NCBI GenBank assembly: GCA_003566775.1
Contig: PXBW01000074.1
Coordinates: forward strand, 1-58,902
DNA length: 58,902 bases
Direction: 5' to 3'
DNA from: a candidate division WS1 bacterium
GTDB lineage: Bacteria > Armatimonadota > Zipacnadia > Zipacnadales > UBA5352
Made by a program: the position numbers and the translations under genes. Positions 57,182-58,902 of this stretch are shown here, piece by piece; positions within the stretch are counted from its first letter, which is position 1, and every line of letters begins with the position of its first letter. A model generated the notes under the pieces. It had not been told where the DNA came from, ran no database searches, and saw nothing but the letters and a program-made list of their open reading frames with translations.

Positions 57182-57227
57182 GACCATCTGCGCGTGCCTG
57201 ATTGGGCCGCACTGCACTGCAGTAAAC

Positions 57228-57938
57228 TCACGGATTGTATGTCGCCATGAAAGGCTCAGGGGTTGTCACCTGCGGGATCGTTTTCACATGACCGTCCGCG
57301 TAGGCGGCATTCATCATCCTGTTGTGACGATACATCATGTTACCAACCCGGCCGTCATCTCTCATCTCAAGGGGCGCACCATCCTCAGTGAACCCCATCC
57401 CCGCAGGATTGCCCGCAACGTGTGAGCGCATCTCTGCGATCAGAATCTTCTCGGCAGGCCTGACGAGATCTGCCAGGTTAAGACCGCCACCACCACCGAA
57501 GCCTCCGGCCCACATTCCACGGCCCCAGTGGGCGATATGTGAGTGGTGGACGACGCAACCGTAACTGGTCCAGTAGCGACGGCCGTAGAAGCCCTCCGGA
57601 TTCGGCAGTCCAGCGCGGCGAGAATCGACCTCAACGCGGCCGGACGGGCATATGTAGATCTGCTCATTCATCGTATAGGGGGAGATGGCGTCATAGTAGC
57701 CCAGGTAGCGAATGTCGGAGTTGCTCGGCTCCCAGTAGAAGTAGTGGACAGGAAAGATCTCATCATAGTCCTGCACGTACATCATCGCGGCCAAACCAAT
57801 CTGCCTCATGTTGCTTGAGCAGCTCGCCATTCGTGCCCGGTCCCGCGCCCTTGCGAAAACGGGGAACAGGATCGCTGCCAGGATCGCAATGATTGCGATC
57901 ACGACCAGCAGCTCGATAAGGGTGAAGCCTCGCTTCAT
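57228..57938 (-). CDS. Prepilin-type N-terminal cleavage/methylation protein with DUF1559-like and H-X9-DG domains
   Basis: [28 protein letters not shown]; C.SN.RQ.G.A..MY.QDYDE; [15 protein letters not shown]; AAGGAGG RBS. Confidence 0.93.
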   Translation of the reverse strand: MKRGFTLIELLVVIAIIAILAAILFPVFARARDRARMASCSSNMRQIGLAAMMYVQDYDEIFPVHYFYWEPSNSDIRYLGYYDAISPYTMNEQIYICPSGRVEVDSRRAGLPNPEGFYGRRYWTSYGCVVHHSHIAHWGRGMWAGGFGGGGGLNLADLVRPAEKILIAEMRSHVAGNPAGMGFTEDGAPLEMRDDGRVGNMMYRHNRMMNAAYADGHVKTIPQVTTPEPFMATYNP

Positions 57939-58066
57939 TTCGACCGCCTCCTTGATGTAATGGGCTGTGAACGATATATATGGTTATTCGTCCCTGTCCG
58001 CTTTTCACCTCTACGTTATTAAGATTCTTTTTCCGACAGCATACACGATCCCTCTGATCCCCGCCC

Positions 58067-58107
58067 AAATGAAGAGAGCCCGCCCGAAGACCTCCGGGCG
58101 GGCTCTC
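58067..58107 (-). terminator. Terminator downstream of prepilin-type copy 2
   Basis: GAGAGCCCGCCCG/CGGGCGGGCTCTC stem followed by TTCATTT on the minus strand. Confidence 0.75.
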
Positions 58108-58129
58108 GCAAGCGCGTTCGTCAGAATCC

Positions 58130-58786
58130 TCAGTTGCGCATCAGGGGATCAGGCGATGTGAGCTGAGGGATCGTCTTCACATGACCGTCCGCATAGGCGG
58201 CGTTCATCATCCGGTTGTGTCGGTACATCATCCTGCCAACCGACCCATCGTCCGCCATCGGCAGGGGCGCCGAGCCATCCTCGGTGAAGCCCAGTCGGTC
58301 GGGATGCGTGGCGTGGCGGGCGTTCATCTCGAGGATCAGTATCTTCTCGGAGGGTCTCTGCACGTCGGCCATCGAATGACCGCCGCTCCCCCAACCGCTC
58401 TCCCACATGGCGGTACCCAGGTGAGAGTTGCCGGAGTGCCGGGGGACGACACCGTAGCTTGTTCTCATTAACCGACCAAAGAAGCCTTCATCACGGGGAA
58501 GCCCGCCGCGCCAGCCGGTGTCCGTAAAATGTCCGGAGGGGCAGACGTAGATCTGCTCATTCATCGTGTAGGCCGCGAGTCCGTCGTATGGGCCGAAGTA
58601 GCGAACGCTGCTGTCCCCCTGATAGTAGTAGTGGTAGAACGCGGGCATCATCTCATCGAAGTCCTGTGCGTACATCATCGCCGCTATACCAATCTGCCTC
58701 AAGTTGCTCGCACACGTCGTCTGTCGGGCCCTGTCCCGCGCCCTCGCGAACACGGGGAACAGGATTGCTGCCAGGATCGCAATGAT
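58130..58786 (-). pseudogene. Paralogous prepilin-type/H-X9-DG gene, 5' interrupted within the N-methylation motif
   Basis: Aligns to copy 1 from I16 onward ([13 protein letters not shown]...[15 protein letters not shown]) but lacks [15 protein letters not shown]; homology stops abruptly at 58786. Confidence 0.75.
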
Positions 58787-58902
58787 CTGACTGCTGAACA
58801 ATCGCGCAGTTCTCTCCGCTGGCGAGATGTGGCCGGTTTTTTTGCTGTCTCAAGGACCACGATCGCGAACCTGTGCGCCCTCGATCCGCCGTTTTTCGGC
58901 GG
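58787..58902. mobile_element. Probable terminal segment of an insertion sequence (IS1182/IS5-like end), truncated by the window edge
   Basis: Foreign sequence starts exactly at the homology break with CTGACTGCTGAACAAT, resembling the (A)GACTGCTGAAAA-type ends; internal CCGCCG/CGGCGG hairpin; transposase not visible. Confidence 0.5.

Noticed and set aside
57228-58786. Diversity-generating retroelement template/variable repeat pair
   Set aside because: Differences include indels and many synonymous non-adenine changes, and no reverse transcriptase is in the window; ordinary gene duplication fits better.

Overview
A GC-rich bacterial chromosomal segment of about 59 kb. It most resembles Armatimonadota, inferred from the H-X9-DG prepilin-type paralogues, the expanded UroD-family and BNR/sialidase genes and the YjbH-like gene. 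It probably ends at an assembly break inside a mobile element. Housekeeping genes include hisG, argC-argJ-argB-argD, tkt, gap, tatD, an M42 peptidase, an fpg-like gene and tRNA-Ser(UGA). Envelope genes include a 7xSH3b-NlpC/P60 hydrolase, DUF4349, a TadE-like gene and a flippase. There is also a YhaO/YhaN-type (SbcD/SbcC-like) nuclease-ATPase pair and many orphan catabolic enzymes. The most notable unannotated signals are: (1) a ~175-nt structured RNA upstream of argC, bounded by a promoter and a terminator (6S-like, or an arg leader); (2) a tandem pair of prepilin-type/H-X9-DG genes whose second copy is cut inside the conserved N-methylation motif by an IS-like end that supplies a new in-frame TTG; (3) a 16-bp inverted repeat covering the RBS of a Fic gene coupled to lysE-hisG; (4) a Rad50-like ATPase with a transmembrane hairpin at its coiled-coil apex; (5) a sulfatase-fold protein with Thr in place of the Cys/Ser nucleophile; and (6) a PocR-AraC / MtaA-thioredoxin / CobW module. 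No CRISPR array, rRNA or prophage was seen. All family assignments come from motif recognition by eye, not database searches.
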